From NCBI RefSeq assembly GCF_009914755.1, contig NC_060944.1: a DNA stretch of 64,000 nt; one strand, written 5' to 3'. The translations under genes were made by a program, and so were the position numbers. Within the stretch, counting starts at the first letter, position 1, and every line of letters starts with the position of its first letter. This stretch comes from the human T2T-CHM13v2.0 reference genome, Homo sapiens. Positions 26,350-39,830 of the stretch are shown in pieces. The notes under the pieces were generated by a model. That model was not told the origin of the DNA, did not search any database, and saw only the letters and a list, made by a program, of their open reading frames with translations.

Positions 26350-26855
26350 GCACTGCCCAGCTTGGCAGCCACAGCCTCACATGACCACTGAGCACTTGAA
26401 ATGTAGTTAATATGCTAAGAAAGCCCATTTAAATTTTTATTTTCAACTTACTTAAATTCAAAGAGCCACAGGGGTCTAGTGGCTCCTGTATTGACAGCAC
26501 AGGGCCACCTTGTTAGTGGCATCATTTATAACCCTGGGCAGCATTGCTATAGGAATAGCCATATCCTGTAGGTCTATAATGCTGTAGAAATGGAATGTGT
26601 GGTGCGAATGAAATTTAAAATTTAAGTAGCCACGGTGAAAAAAAAAGAGAAACAAGTAAAATTCATTTCATAATATGCTTTATCTCTATTTCCAAAATAT
26701 TATCATCTCAACATGTAAGAAATATAAGAAGTATTCATGAGATATTTTACATTCCTTTGTTCATCATAAGTGTTTGAGATCCCATGTGTGTCTGACACAG
26801 CACCTGACTTTGAACTCACCACATTTCGAGTGCCCCATAGCCCATGTGGCCATGG
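26350..26855. mobile_element. hAT-Charlie MITE fragments (MER3/MER33-like)
   Basis: 'actgagcacttgaaatgtag', 'aaaattt...agtagccac', 'ccacatttcgagtgc...gcccatgtggc' motifs. Confidence 0.55.
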
Positions 26856-29800
26856 TTTAGAGATTTCAGAAAGCATTCATGGAAAATTCTCTTTCCTGAT
26901 CCTCATTCACTATCCTGGGAAGTGGCCAGATAAGGAAGCAAGGCCCAGAAGGGCCCAGCCAGTGGCTCTCAGACTCCAGAGTCATCGAGTCCCTCACTCG
27001 AGGGCAGGTTAACTCACAGATGGCTGGCCCCCACCCTCTGCATTTGCCATCCAGCAGGTCTGGGTGGGTACCAGGATGCGGATTCGTAACAGGAGAGGCT
27101 GATGCTGCCAGTCTGGGTCCACATTTTGAGAAGCATTCCTCCAAGGGTCCCACCCACGCTCATACCCCAGTAAGTAGATGGCTCAGAATTGAAATCCTTG
27201 CTTTCCATCTTACATCTCATTCTCTTTATATGCACAACCATGAAGCCAGGTTGCTAAGACAGTCTGAAAACAACTACCAAAGAACAGAGGTGCTGCTCAT
27301 GGTTACCCCAGTGTGCTGCAGCCCCTGTCCTCCAGACAGTGACAGCAGAGTGGACCTAATTTTGATACTTTGTAAACATTGGACCAATGTGACCTATCCT
27401 AGTCCCGTGCCTTTCTCTGGCTGACTTTTCTTTTATCTCATCTGATTGTGGGTTCAATTTATTTAAAGGAAACCATTTAATGAAATCTTAAGGAAGCCCT
27501 CACCTTTATATTTGGTTTAACAGTTGAGTTTTTGGGGTACAGCTGAGGTCTCTATCATTGCAATGTCTAGGGTGTCCCTGAAGTTCAGGTGGGAATCTGA
27601 AGACACTTTCCTGATCCACGCAGGCGACTTCAGACAATGTCCTACACTTAGCCACGGGTAAATCATGCTTTTAGTATGCTCAATGGCAGAACTGGTCAAA
27701 GCCACTCTGAGCTGCTGAGAGCACTTCAGATTATTTTCCACACCAGCAGGCGATAGAAGTGGCATTCAGGGACTGCTGTCATTGCTGCTGAGATCCAAGA
27801 CTCCTCTTGGTGCACTGTGATTTGCAGGGAAAGCTGTGTCTCTCTGACTTGCAGGCCAGAGGTTCTGAAGATTGCTTGAGGTTGCAAGTACCTCCAAGCT
27901 TGAGCAGCAGTTTTGAAGTGTGGAGATGGGAGGTGAGTTATTCACATCTCTAACAAAGGAGCTGCTGCTTCTGGCTTCAGGAGGGGCTGAGAGGCCCCTG
28001 ATTCACTATCTCATCACTGGGCTGGAAGCTCCACAGGGATCAGTTAGGCCTGTGGGCCATGCTTTCAGCACTTGGAGGAGAAGATCCCTTAGACTCAGCC
28101 TTTGGCTCCATGCCACTCTTGACAATGTACAGGGAAGCCACTTGGACCTGATGCTGGAGTTTAATCAACAGACAAGGAAGAGGCCCCAGTGTGTACTGGG
28201 CAAAAGAACGGGACGGGTGTGCTGAAAAGCGTCTCATAAACAGACTTTGTTTTCCTGTGTTTTAACTCAGCGTGAAAGTTTCTCTAGGTCTCCTCTCCTG
28301 GGGGAGAAAGGTAGCGGCTGGTTTCCTGTTCCATTGCTTCTTTAGTATCCTGAGAGAGAACAGCCATGGGCACCCAGCTGCCCCAGCCTCTTCCTGTCCC
28401 GGGGCCCCGAGGCTGCCCTTCAGCGGTCTCCAGCTTCCTGCTCCTGTAAGCAGGGGCCTCTCTTTTTGGCTTTCCTGACATTTCTCCTGACCTCTTCTGC
28501 TAGCCCTCCTGAACGCACAGTAATATCTGTACATTGCAGTTGGTCCCCAGGCTGCTGCCTCTCTGTCTCTCCATCTAATGTTGCATCTGTGCACTTTAGA
28601 AGTACCCGGGAGCCTTCAAAATATTTGGATGCCTGGACACCACTCCAGATAATTCAGTCAGAGTCTCTGAAGACAGGGCCCAGGCATCCCTGTGTGAGGC
28701 CTTCAGGTAATTCCAGCATACAGCCTGTATTGGAAAGCTCTGTATTGAGGATGAGGCCCTCATGCTGCAGAGGGGGCCTAGAGCACAGGGAAGTAAGTTC
28801 CTGGAAGCACTAGCTGTTTATCACATAGGGCTAATAACCAATGGGGACAGTCGTGCATGCTTCTCTTCTTACATGCTAGCTTACTATGCTTGGAGGCATA
28901 CACATGTGTATGGGGAGAGGAGGGCAGAATCGGGGAGCATTAGGAGAAAAACCTAAAGTAGGCACAGGAAAGATTCCAGGGGCTCACACATGAGGCAGGA
29001 CAAGAAGAAATACTTTCTCAGGAAAGGGAAGGGGCCGAGTGTTCAATGGGCAGAGAGGACAGCAGAAGAGAGGAGACCAGGAAGACAAGATAGCCCCCAG
29101 CACTTCCACACTAAGCCCTGGAAAGGCTATCTGCAGAGGAGCCACCTAAGGGTCTTCCCAAGACCAGGGTTAAAGGGAAAAGCCCCTAAACTCCTCTTCC
29201 CTCCCAAATCTGAGGTTGCTCTTGTTCCCTTCCACCAAAGGATGGCACCAAGTAGAATGACAAAGGTGCCATCTCCTTCCTCTTTCTCAGGGAAGGGTCT
29301 CTGTCTTAAGGACAAAGATGTGAAAGGTCTCTCTCTTAGGGACAAAGAGGAAAGGACAGACCAACCTACAGAGTGGAGGAGTGCTAGACCAAATCCTCCC
29401 AATACATCTATTTGAGTAGCAGAGACTGGAGACAGTGGTTGAGGTCAACTATGGGGCTGCACTGGTGCTGATCATGCCCGTGCTCCCATCCCACACCTGG
29501 ATAAACAGCAGTGGGCAGCTTCCCCCACCCCCCAGTCTTAGAAAGGCCTCCTCCAGTTGCAACAGGACTCCCTCCTCCCCATCGCTGTCCCAGCCACCCA
29601 GCGGAAAGCTGAGACCCCACCCCCCAGGTGGCCAATTTTAGACCCACTAAAGGCCTTTCTGGGCTGTACTGGGGGCTAAAGGGGGCCACCATCCCACAGA
29701 GAAGGGGCCAAAGACAGCCAGGATCCTAAAAGTCAGAGCTACTTTAAGAATAACTTTCCCAGGCCAATCCCCAGTTCAGGAACGTTCCTGTGCCCTGTGC

Positions 29801-30449
29801 CAGCTAGAGGGACTAGGGCTGGAGCCGGCGGCTGCTCCTGGGTGTCCAGTCCAGGAGCCAGTGAACTCACTATCTCTGGAGTTTAGCAGAAGAAGGGTAA
29901 TTCCAGGCCGGAACCCCTTTCTTTCCCGACCTCTCGACCACAGTCCTCCCCAGGCACATTTTAGTGGCCAGGGATGGAGACCCGCGGATAATGACTGAAC
30001 CAGGTCACAGGGTGAAGGTTCTGAGATGTCCGGCTCCCGTAGCTTCTGCCAGTTCCCGAGGGAGCTAGCACAGGCTTGGCCTTCTTTGGTGGCATCTCTG
30101 CCTCCACCTGTCCGTCTCCATTCCTTGTGCCCATAGCACCTCAGCTGCTCGGACACAGAAGTTAAAAGGTCCGGCATCTGCACTTGTCCAGAGTGGGTTG
30201 GGGAGCAGAGAAAGGAGTGGTGAGCTGTGGGGAAAACTGGACATCCTGACAGACCTGAAATTCACCAAGCCGCCAGTGGAAGCCTCAGGTTCCGCCTCTA
30301 TAAAAGGGACTCAGCCATGTGCAAGGATGGGTCGTCGCGAGGATTAAAGGGCAGGGTGAGGGGATGTCAAGTGCAAGGCAAGTGGTCCAAGCTTCCAGGT
30401 GGTCCCTGACCAGTTCCGGGCACATCTTTACCCAAAGGGAGGACTCCGG

Positions 30450-31950
30450 GACCCCCAGCCCCGCCGCCGCAGACCCCCTGTAGCAAAGCAGGGAACTGGA
30501 CCTCAAAGGGCTGCTGGGGAAGACGGGATCTGAATAGAGGTCTGAAGGAAAGAAGCCAGGCGGGGGACCCCGGGAGGGCCGGACGGGGCTGGGGGTGCTG
30601 TTGACACTGGAGCCGGACTGGAGACCTGGGAACCTGGGGCAGAGTCGGCAGCGGGGAGGGGGCGACCGAGGTGGGAAAACGGGGCGGGGCCGGAGACGAC
30701 TCCAGGGCTGGGTGAGGCGCTGACCCCCAGGAGCTGGGGTGCCGAGGGGCGCGGGCCACAGCGGTGCGAGCCAGTCGGGCGCCCGCGCGGTGGGGCGCGC
30801 GGCGCGGGGATTGGCGGGCGCTCCCCGGTGCCCGCAGCTCTTCAGCGTAGCCGGGAAGAGCCGCGCGTCTGCGCGCCAGCCCCCGCCCTGGGCCCGCCGC
30901 CCGAGCTCTCTGGCGCAGCGCTAGCTCCGCCGCGCTCAGCTGCCCTGCGCCGGCACCCCTGGTCATGAGCGCCCCCTCGACGCTGCCCCCCGGGGGCGAG
31001 GAAGGGCTGGGGACGGCCTGGCCCTCTGCAGCCAATGCCAGTAGCGCTCCGGCGGAGGCGGAGGAGGCGGTGGCGGGGCCCGGGGACGCGCGGGCGGCGG
31101 GCATGGTCGCTATCCAGTGCATCTACGCGCTGGTGTGCCTGGTGGGGCTGGTGGGCAACGCCCTGGTCATCTTCGTGATCCTTCGCTACGCCAAGATGAA
31201 GACGGCTACCAACATCTACCTGCTCAACCTGGCCGTAGCCGACGAGCTCTTCATGCTGAGCGTGCCCTTCGTGGCCTCGTCGGCCGCCCTGCGCCACTGG
31301 CCCTTCGGCTCCGTGCTGTGCCGCGCGGTGCTCAGCGTCGACGGCCTCAACATGTTCACCAGCGTCTTCTGTCTCACCGTGCTCAGCGTGGACCGCTACG
31401 TGGCCGTGGTGCACCCTCTGCGCGCGGCGACCTACCGGCGGCCCAGCGTGGCCAAGCTCATCAACCTGGGCGTGTGGCTGGCATCCCTGTTGGTCACTCT
31501 CCCCATCGCCATCTTCGCAGACACCAGACCGGCTCGCGGCGGCCAGGCCGTGGCCTGCAACCTGCAGTGGCCACACCCGGCCTGGTCGGCAGTCTTCGTG
31601 GTCTACACTTTCCTGCTGGGCTTCCTGCTGCCCGTGCTGGCCATTGGCCTGTGCTACCTGCTCATCGTGGGCAAGATGCGCGCCGTGGCCCTGCGCGCTG
31701 GCTGGCAGCAGCGCAGGCGCTCGGAGAAGAAAATCACCAGGCTGGTGCTGATGGTCGTGGTCGTCTTTGTGCTCTGCTGGATGCCTTTCTACGTGGTGCA
31801 GCTGCTGAACCTCTTCGTGACCAGCCTTGATGCCACCGTCAACCACGTGTCCCTTATCCTTAGCTATGCCAACAGCTGCGCCAACCCCATTCTCTATGGC
31901 TTCCTCTCCGACAACTTCCGCCGATTCTTCCAGCGGGTTCTCTGCCTGCG
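30450..31950. promoter_or_regulatory. CpG island and GC-rich promoter of SSTR4
   Basis: Dense CpG; GC box GGGGCGGGGC at 30681-30690; inverted CCAAT (ATTGG) at 30810-30814; no proximal TATA. Confidence 0.85.
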
Positions 31951-32131
31951 CTGCTGCCTCCTGGAAGGTGCTGGAGGTGCTGAGGAGGAGCCCCTGGACT
32001 ACTATGCCACTGCTCTCAAGAGCAAAGGTGGGGCAGGGTGCATGTGCCCCCCACTCCCCTGCCAGCAGGAAGCCCTGCAACCAGAACCCGGCCGCAAGCG
32101 CATCCCCCTCACCAGGACCACCACCTTCTGA
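30965..32131 (+). CDS. SSTR4: Somatostatin receptor type 4 (class A GPCR, 388 aa, intronless)
   Basis: Seven hydrophobic segments, GN/LAxAD/DRY/CWxP motifs, SSTR signature [12 protein letters not shown]-terminal -TTF; N-terminus [16 protein letters not shown] recognised as human SSTR4. Confidence 0.99.
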
Positions 32132-33099
32132 GGAGCCCTTCCCCTACCCACCCTGCGTGGCCACCTCCCAAGGGGTGGGCACCATTCCTACAGCCCCGAA
32201 GACTGCATCTCCTGAATGCTCACCTAAGCTCCACCACCTGTTCCTTCCAGCAGCCCATGTACCTGCCGGAGAGTGTCAGAACTCTTCTGCTGCTCTCCTC
32301 TCCCCTGCACTCTGGCTTTCAAAAGGATGCTTCCATATGGGTAGGACTCCTCTGGAAACTGGGCTAGGATATTAATCATTCCTGAACCTCTGGCTGTTCT
32401 TCAAGGGCTGGGAAGCAGGAGGTGGTGAGAAATGAATGGTCCCTGTGTGTGACTCCTTACAGCCACTGCTTGGGAGAGGACTCAAGAAGGTGGAGGGAGG
32501 TAGCACCCTTCCTCTCTGCAGACGCTCTGCCTTGTGGTGGGAGCACAGCTTGTACAGGAGAGAGGAGGAAGGAAGATGCCCCCAGGCACCTGCCCTTTAT
32601 GTCTCTTCCTGAGCTCTTGTTAAGTGAGACTTATGTTAACAGCCTGGGGCACTTACTTCCCTCCCCACTCACCCCCGGCCTGGGAATAACATCTGCTTGC
32701 TGTCACAGGTGTCTCCCTGAGTTGCCCTGAGCTGGGAGCAGTCTTCCTGTGAGTAGAAAAGGTTTGGAGAGACATGACATGGGGTTTATTGCAAGGCATA
32801 AAACCAGGTCAGTAATAACAAAGCAGATGATAAAAACTTCATCTAGCTCCTATGATGTAATTTTTTTTCCCTGATCCTTTGATGTGGGAACATGAGAACT
32901 CATTAAGGCAGCAATTTATACTGTGGTGGTGAGTGAGAGAGGAGCCATGGGCGGGAAAAGCTGACCAGAGAGCAGCGAGGGATGGGAACCAGCCCAGGTT
33001 TTGGATAGAGGAAGCAGCTTCATCACCACCCCCTATTTTAGAATGTCATCTTTCAGTAAAACATCAGCCACATTAGATATTAACATGTAAGTTGAACAC

Positions 33100-33105
33100 A
33101 ATAAA
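33100..33105 (+). terminator. Candidate proximal poly(A) signal, SSTR4
   Basis: AATAAA followed by GU-rich 'tctttgttgcctgatgtgtt'. Confidence 0.45.
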
Positions 33106-34692
33106 AGGCCGTATCTTTGTTGCCTGATGTGTTAACCAAAGGATAAATTATCTTTCCCAAAGGGAAAGAGCTTAAGAGGAGCTCTAATTCTGCTTTCTGA
33201 TAAAAGCAGGGGAGGGGACAAAGGAGAACTTGGAACACTTATGTTAGCATCTGGTGTAACAACATAGGAACATGTATGAAGTTTGGGGGACCCCACCTGG
33301 CTTAGCATTCAGAGACTACCTCTGGGTTTAACCGGCCTGATTCTGGATGATCATTCTGGTGGTATGGGGAAGATGGTGTGGGGAGGGGGAGAGACAGCCA
33401 AAGGTCAACACCCTATGCCCTTCAGAGTGGTCAGCCTCACAGACCACTCTGAGAGAATGGGTAGCCATGTCTGTACTACATACTGGAGACATGACTGTGG
33501 AATGGAAGTTTCAAAACTAAGTCAGAGAACCCTCTGATCCTGCAAACACACATGCACACACACAGAGACATCAACCATCTCTAATTTGTTGGCACCCACC
33601 AGGGATACCTTGGGCATCTGAAGTCAGTCTCCATGTCTGTGGGTCTCGTGTAACCATAACTACTTGGAGTTTTTTAAAACTGCATTATTTCTTTGTTCCT
33701 CAGTGTCTGACAATGCCTGCCAGGATGGGCACTGATGAATATGGTTGAACGGAACTCCAAGGACCACCCAGGTTGATAGTAGTGAGGTGAGGGGTTCACA
33801 GCACTGGCAGTGGTCCCCAGGGCTTCTTCCCAGCTTGTACGTGGGGTTGGGGGTCCTTTCTTTAGTCTCTCAGTGATCAGACTGGGCAAACTCTCTGATA
33901 AGCAAGACAGGGCACCTACCAGGAGTCTTGGCAACACTAGTGTGTGGCTGCCCAGATTAGCATGGAATAAGACACATTCTATTTAGAAATGTCAGCCTTT
34001 TTAACTTAGTTGATGAAGGTTGAAGGAGAGGCAGCTTCAGGTGATGGAAAGAAAAGTCTCTGAGAGGCAGGACACCTCAGCCTCAGCTACCCCGTGAGCA
34101 GTGATTTAACCTCTCTAAGCCTCAGTTTCCCACTTGGAATATGTGCCAAGGGAGGTTCGAGTTTTGAGCTCTTCCCAGCTGTAAACTCTGCATTGGCAGA
34201 GACACCGTGGAGACACGCGAATCAAATGGTGGGAGGGCAGGAGATAGCACGCTTCTCTGCTTAGTCCTCCTTCCATCACCACTGGAAAATGAGCGTGAAC
34301 ACTGCCCTTGACCCTGCAGTCATAAGTCATGCAGGTGGTGGCGGGGTGGGGGTGTAGGGTGAGCCTACCCGCTGCTCTCTTCTTTAGCTTCAGGGCCTTT
34401 TCATTTCCCGGCAGCAACGAGGTGCACTGAGCACTTGTCGGGGCTGTGTTTGGAGCCCATCAACAGTGCTACCAGCTTTAGTTCCATCAACCCCAGGCTT
34501 TTGTAACAACTGGTTGCATGAAACCCTCCCTTGTAGTTTGTGTACAGAAGACTGCAATGAATTGAAGTCATGAGACATACAGCCAGGATCCTGAAAGCCA
34601 CCAACATATGTCACCTGCCTGGGAGGCTTGCTTCGATGGTCATCTTGTTCTGCCTGCTAAGACCAGGAGTCACAGCTGTTGACATCATGGTG

Positions 34693-34698
34693 AATAAA
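34693..34698 (+). terminator. Candidate distal poly(A) signal, SSTR4 (long 3'UTR)
   Basis: AATAAA about 2.6 kb after the stop codon. Confidence 0.5.
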
Positions 34699-36654
34699 AA
34701 CATTTTCTGCCACAGGTAGAAACAGCCTTTGCTCATCCCTCCATCTGTCAGAGATCTTGCTTTTTCTTTTACAATTGTCTTTAATGTACTGTTCCATGGC
34801 AAGCCAGGTGTTCCATTTTCCCAGATGGTCAGGGAAGATGGTATTTAGACATGACAGGCTGTCACTCAGCAGGATACTTGCCCAGTTTGTCAGCTCTGAT
34901 CTGTGAGCAAAGATGCATATGAGTTTCACACTCATCTGTGAAGTATTGGCTTCACTTTCATTAAAGTCATCATAGCTGGCATTCCTTAGATGCTAGAGGT
35001 GGATGCAAAGGATCAACTAAATATAGCACGTTTTGGCGGCACTGCCTCAGAAACCAGACATGAATCCTAGCAAATGTGGGCATTGACACTCTTCTCTGAG
35101 AGGTTGGAGGTAGTGAATTACCCCCATCTCCCACATTCTCATTCCATAAGTAGATGACAGCATAGCCTCAGATTCCTTAAGGACAAATGTTAGAATCCTA
35201 GGGCTGTGTTTTCTGAGACAGCTCCACCATGGTGTACACCATCAGCCAGCAGCACACCCTGGAAACTGTCTTGCTGACTAGCATGCATGGGGGTATACAT
35301 GTGGACAGTTCGCTGAGTGCTTCTCTCGGGTGGTGCAACAGGTTTCCAGACAAAACGATGAGTCTACAAAGGCAGCTTCTGCCTTCATGGAGCTTGGAGG
35401 TTAGTGGCAAAAGACAGGCATTAATCAAATAAGCACAGAAATGAGAGTACAGTTCTAAACCTAAATAAGCACTGTGCAGGAAAGGAATGTACTTTCTAAG
35501 AGATGATGATAAAAGAAGTTGCCCATGACTCAGAGCAGGCTTTCCCCAGGAAAGTGGCTGGAGATGACCTCCTCTGAAGCGTACCTAGGCATTAACTAGG
35601 AAAGGAAGGGGCGGGGCACAAGGTGTTCCTGTAAGCTCTAAGCAGAGGGAACAGCATGTGCAAAGAGCTTGCAGTGGGAGGCACTGAAGGGCTCAATGTG
35701 ACCAAAACACAGACCACAGGGGCGTGTGAGGCACTGGCAGGCACATGAGCAGGAGCCTAATGCCTTCTATGCCACCTCAAGGATGAGGGCTGTGTCCTAA
35801 GAGCCAGGGGTCAGTGGTGGCAGGCTCTAATGAGGGGCTTGGGTCTGCCTAGTAAGAGAAGCCTATCAAAAGCTTTGGGGTCCTTGTGAAATTGAGGCTT
35901 AACATGCCTCTGCTTTTCAGGGAGGGGTTGGCAGGATGATCATGTCCTTCTTTCCAACTTTCATCAACTTTATATGAACTGAAAGGCAGGGACCTCAATC
36001 CTGTGAAGGAAGGGACTTTAGTGCCTAACAGTGGGGGCACCTTCTGAAATGGGGGAGAACTTATGTAAAAAAATGCCTAGAATGGGAGTATTGACTTTCT
36101 ACAAAGAAAAACATGTGGCTTCCTATTGTCAAAAGACACCATGAGCATCCACCTGCCGTAACATAGCACTTGAAATGACTGGATTTCTGGGGCTCTGCCT
36201 AAAGAGTGGGGCTGCCAAAGGTCAGCACTCACCCAGTGTGAACGTGTCGTAGATGGGGAGAAAGAACAAATTGAGAGGCACACAAACCAGGACTGAGTTC
36301 CGGCTCTCCCACTTCCAGCCCACAGCGGCCCAGGGAAGGCTGCATGACTGTGTGGAGAGGGCAGAGCAACAGTATCCACCTGCAGGTGCACAGTGACACA
36401 CAAAGGCCATGTTCCTGGCCCAGGGGAGGAAGGTTTACCATTCAAATGGTGACTACTTCATGATATAGAAGGAGGAAGAGGGAGTTGGTACACAGTTGGG
36501 TGTCTTTTTTTTCCATTTTTTTTTTTAATCAGGCTTTCATTAGTGTTCTGAAGAGGCTGTAATTTCTTTTTAATCTATTTTTAATTGGAGTATAATTTAC
36601 ATATGGTAGAGTGTTCTCTTTCTAGTTGTACAGTTCTATGAATTTTGACATGCA

Positions 36655-36695
36655 AATTTTTACATTTTACATTTTACAATTTTACATTTTACATT
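36655..36695. repeat. (TTTTACA)n short tandem repeat
   Basis: About 5 imperfect 7-mer units seen directly. Confidence 0.8.
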
Positions 36696-39279
36696 GGGGC
36701 AACTAACTGTTGCCCCAATCAAGATCGGGACTGTTTTGGTCACCATCTACTTCCCTCTTAGTGGCTGTGATTTGTGGCCAAGGAGGAAGGACACAGACAG
36801 CATGGGGAGGACCTGAGGAGGTACAGAATTGGAGATGGTGCTATCCCCAAATCCATGGAGGCCACCTGGTTATACCATTTCCCGAGTTCATCCCCCCAGA
36901 CTAGGAGACCTCAACCAATTTACATAGGAAGCTATAGCCCTCTTGACCTTATGGATCTGAAAAGAAGTATCCTGGAATCTAGACACCACCTGGAGAAACT
37001 AGAGGGTTGAGTATGTCCCTGGGCAAGCTGCTAATTCCATAATGACTTCGTGATCCTTTACTCCAAGCACTGGAGAGAGGGTGTGGATTCCACTCCAAGC
37101 TCCCTTCCGCCAAACAGAGCAGAGTGCTCCTCAAGATCCAGCCGCATCCCAAAAGCACCATTTCCGTTTGTCACGGGCCTCCAGGCAGCTTGCTGTTGAG
37201 TTTGCTCATGTTTATCATGGCCGTATCCTGTGCTGTGGAGAGTCATAGACAAATTAAACAGTGAAACTGGGACTTGCCCCATGCCCTTTTCAGACTTTCC
37301 ATTCTCCTGGCACTACCCTTGGGTTTCTGCATGCTACCTTTTTGGAGGAGGGGGAAAATACATGAAGAAAGACTGGAGTCAAACCCTGGCAAAGGCTCGC
37401 TGAAAATGGGGATTTGGGATTATATGAGCATTTCAGAACAGATTTATTAAAAGAGGGGGACAATGAACAAGGCGTAGGATCTCCAAAGAGTCTGTGGAAG
37501 GTGGGATCCATGTTCCCAAAGGATTTAAATCGAAACAAGGCAGTAGGCAGTGGGAAAAGGGGAGGAATTAGGGAGAATGTGGAAAAGCCCCTCTCCTCTT
37601 TGCCAAGTAGAACAAAGCTTTGCTGGACAACAGCGGGGTAACTTAGCATTTAGGTACGGCATTAGCAAGAAGTCAGAAAGAAGATTTGAGATGGGCACAG
37701 AGGTGCTAACCTCTAACCAAAAGCACAGAGGTTATATTGCCAGGCGTTGAATATGCAGAAGATAAGTGGGTTTTGTCTTAGGATAATATCGGTATTAAAA
37801 TGGCTATTTTAAGAGAAGATTTCCTTCAGGCAGAGATCCAAGGAAATATCTGGCCTGTGGCCCAGGTGGCATAATTGTCACAGACCCCAGCTTTGACTCT
37901 TGGTGTTTCTCATTGGATCCCTGAAACCCTCTGCTCTCTGCTCCCCCTCTCCAGTGGGCGTAACCTTGAGTTAACCCATCCCCAGGGTTCTTTTGTCTTT
38001 CACAATCACACTTTCAAAACACCCTGAAAAGGATTTCGATTCTATTAGCATCTGATGTTAAAACAATATTTAGCTTCCCTTGTGAGAAGAAATCAGTTGT
38101 TTGCCTACATCTGAACCTGCTAACCAAAAAAAAAAAAAATGAGGAAGGGAACACTCAAAACAAAAAGAGATATCACTGAACCCAGGGCATTCATTCTGGA
38201 AAAGAAAGAAAGAAAGAACTGGGCATTGTCTGCATTGTTTTATGAAGAAATGCTTCTAAAGCTCAGGAGATGTATTTTGGGTACCCCCACTCAGCTATAA
38301 CCATGAAGAAAATGTGTTTTCATGTATTATTTGCAACCTCAGTTTTCCTTGAATAGATGATATAATAAGGAATCGCATTCAACAGAGAATAGCAAGTGAC
38401 TCCAGAAGGTAGGAGGTGGGGGATCTTCTGTCCCCTGGCCCCATCCACAACCATAATGTCTCTCAAAGGAATGTCACCTACAGGAACTTCCCTCCGTACC
38501 TCCTGCTGGCTCTGTTGGGGCCAGAGCTATGTTTCTCTTTCTCCTCTGGGCCCTGAGAAATGGAGAAGGGCACTCTGGAGCATGTTCTTCCTCCTCCGAG
38601 CCTCCTTGGGAGAACAGCGGAGGGAGTCTCTGTCCCCTGTACTTGACTAAGCCTTGTGAGAAGGGAAAATAAGCTGAAGCCTTCGAAGCTGGATTTTAGA
38701 GTGACCGAGTGTTGGAGCTCACTTCTCACCTGGCACAAAAATCTTCCTGTTTAAGCTATGATATAGATGCCTGCAAATCCAACATTACAGTTCCTCTAGC
38801 ATTGACAACATTGCTCCAAGCAACTGCATCTTCCCTTGATGGAACAGTATCCACTTTGTGCAACCTTGAGTTTGCCCGTAAGACACTCATGATTCCAACA
38901 CAGCTTTTTTCTGTACTCATTTATGCATCTACCAGTTCACTGGCACACAAGTAAACAGTTATTGGGTATCTACCATGGGCCAGAAACTGAGCTTATCTAA
39001 TCTTCCTGGAAACCTTGTGAGGCGGCACTGCTTGAACCCGTCTTACAGCCTTTGAAGGGTCATGTGGTGCCCGTGGCCATGTGACCAGCAGGTTTCAGGC
39101 TGGGGTCACACCCAGGTGTGTATGCTGTTCACACCACATATCAGCCCTGCGGGGTGCTTACAGCGGAAATTGTGCAGGTTCCTGCCCAAGAGGGACATGT
39201 AAATACATCTAGAAGTAGTTGTTATCTTCCCAAACAATGCAGTACATAAATTGAATCCCAGTGCACTCTCATCAAAACT

Positions 39280-39830
39280 CCTTGAGTGCCCCCACTTGCA
39301 CCCAGAACATTTTTCAATGTCACTCTTTCAGTCTTTTTTTCAGTGTCTTTGACCTACAGCCCCTACAGTCATCTCCCACTGCTTGTATCTCTCTTTCCAC
39401 CTCTTCAGCTGCCTTGCAGCCCACCTCACCTTGTTCACTATGCCCAGTCCGCTCCACCAGGGCTCTTCCCAGTACAGGGCCTTTGCAGGTGTGATCCTTC
39501 CCACCTGGACTGCTTCCCCTCCAGTTTGCATTTGACAAACCCCTCCTTCCCCTTCAGGTCTGGTGTTAAGTGTCAGCTTGTCCAGGAAGCTCCCTCTAGT
39601 CCTCCACTCTAAATCCTGCCTTCCTCGTGCGCCTTTTCAGAGTGTGCTGTGCTTTTCTTCCCCTGCACTTATCACTGTTTCTAAGTTAAGTACAATTTGG
39701 GGGTGATCAGTTGTTTTGCATCTTTCTCCCCTGCCAGAGTCTAACTTATATGGTAGGGACTTGTCATTGTGCCTATCACTATGAAAGGCACAGAGTAAAT
39801 GCTCAGTAAATAATTGCTGAACTAATCTAA
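39280..39830. mobile_element. L2 3' fragment
   Basis: 'cagggcctttgcaggtgtgatccttccc...' and 'ggcacagagtaaatgctcagtaaataattgctgaact' L2 hallmarks. Confidence 0.6.

Noticed and set aside
30299-30306. TATAAAAG upstream of SSTR4
   Set aside because: About 660 bp from the ATG and within MIR-like sequence ('cctcaggttccgcctctataaaaggg...gaggattaaa'); probably repeat-derived rather than the core promoter.
30841-30862. Possible REST/RE1 site (TTCAGC...)
   Set aside because: Poor match to TTCAGCACCnnGGACAG beyond the first 6 nt.
30842-32080. 412-aa minus-strand ORF
   Set aside because: Antisense shadow of the GC-rich SSTR4 CDS; no recognisable domain.
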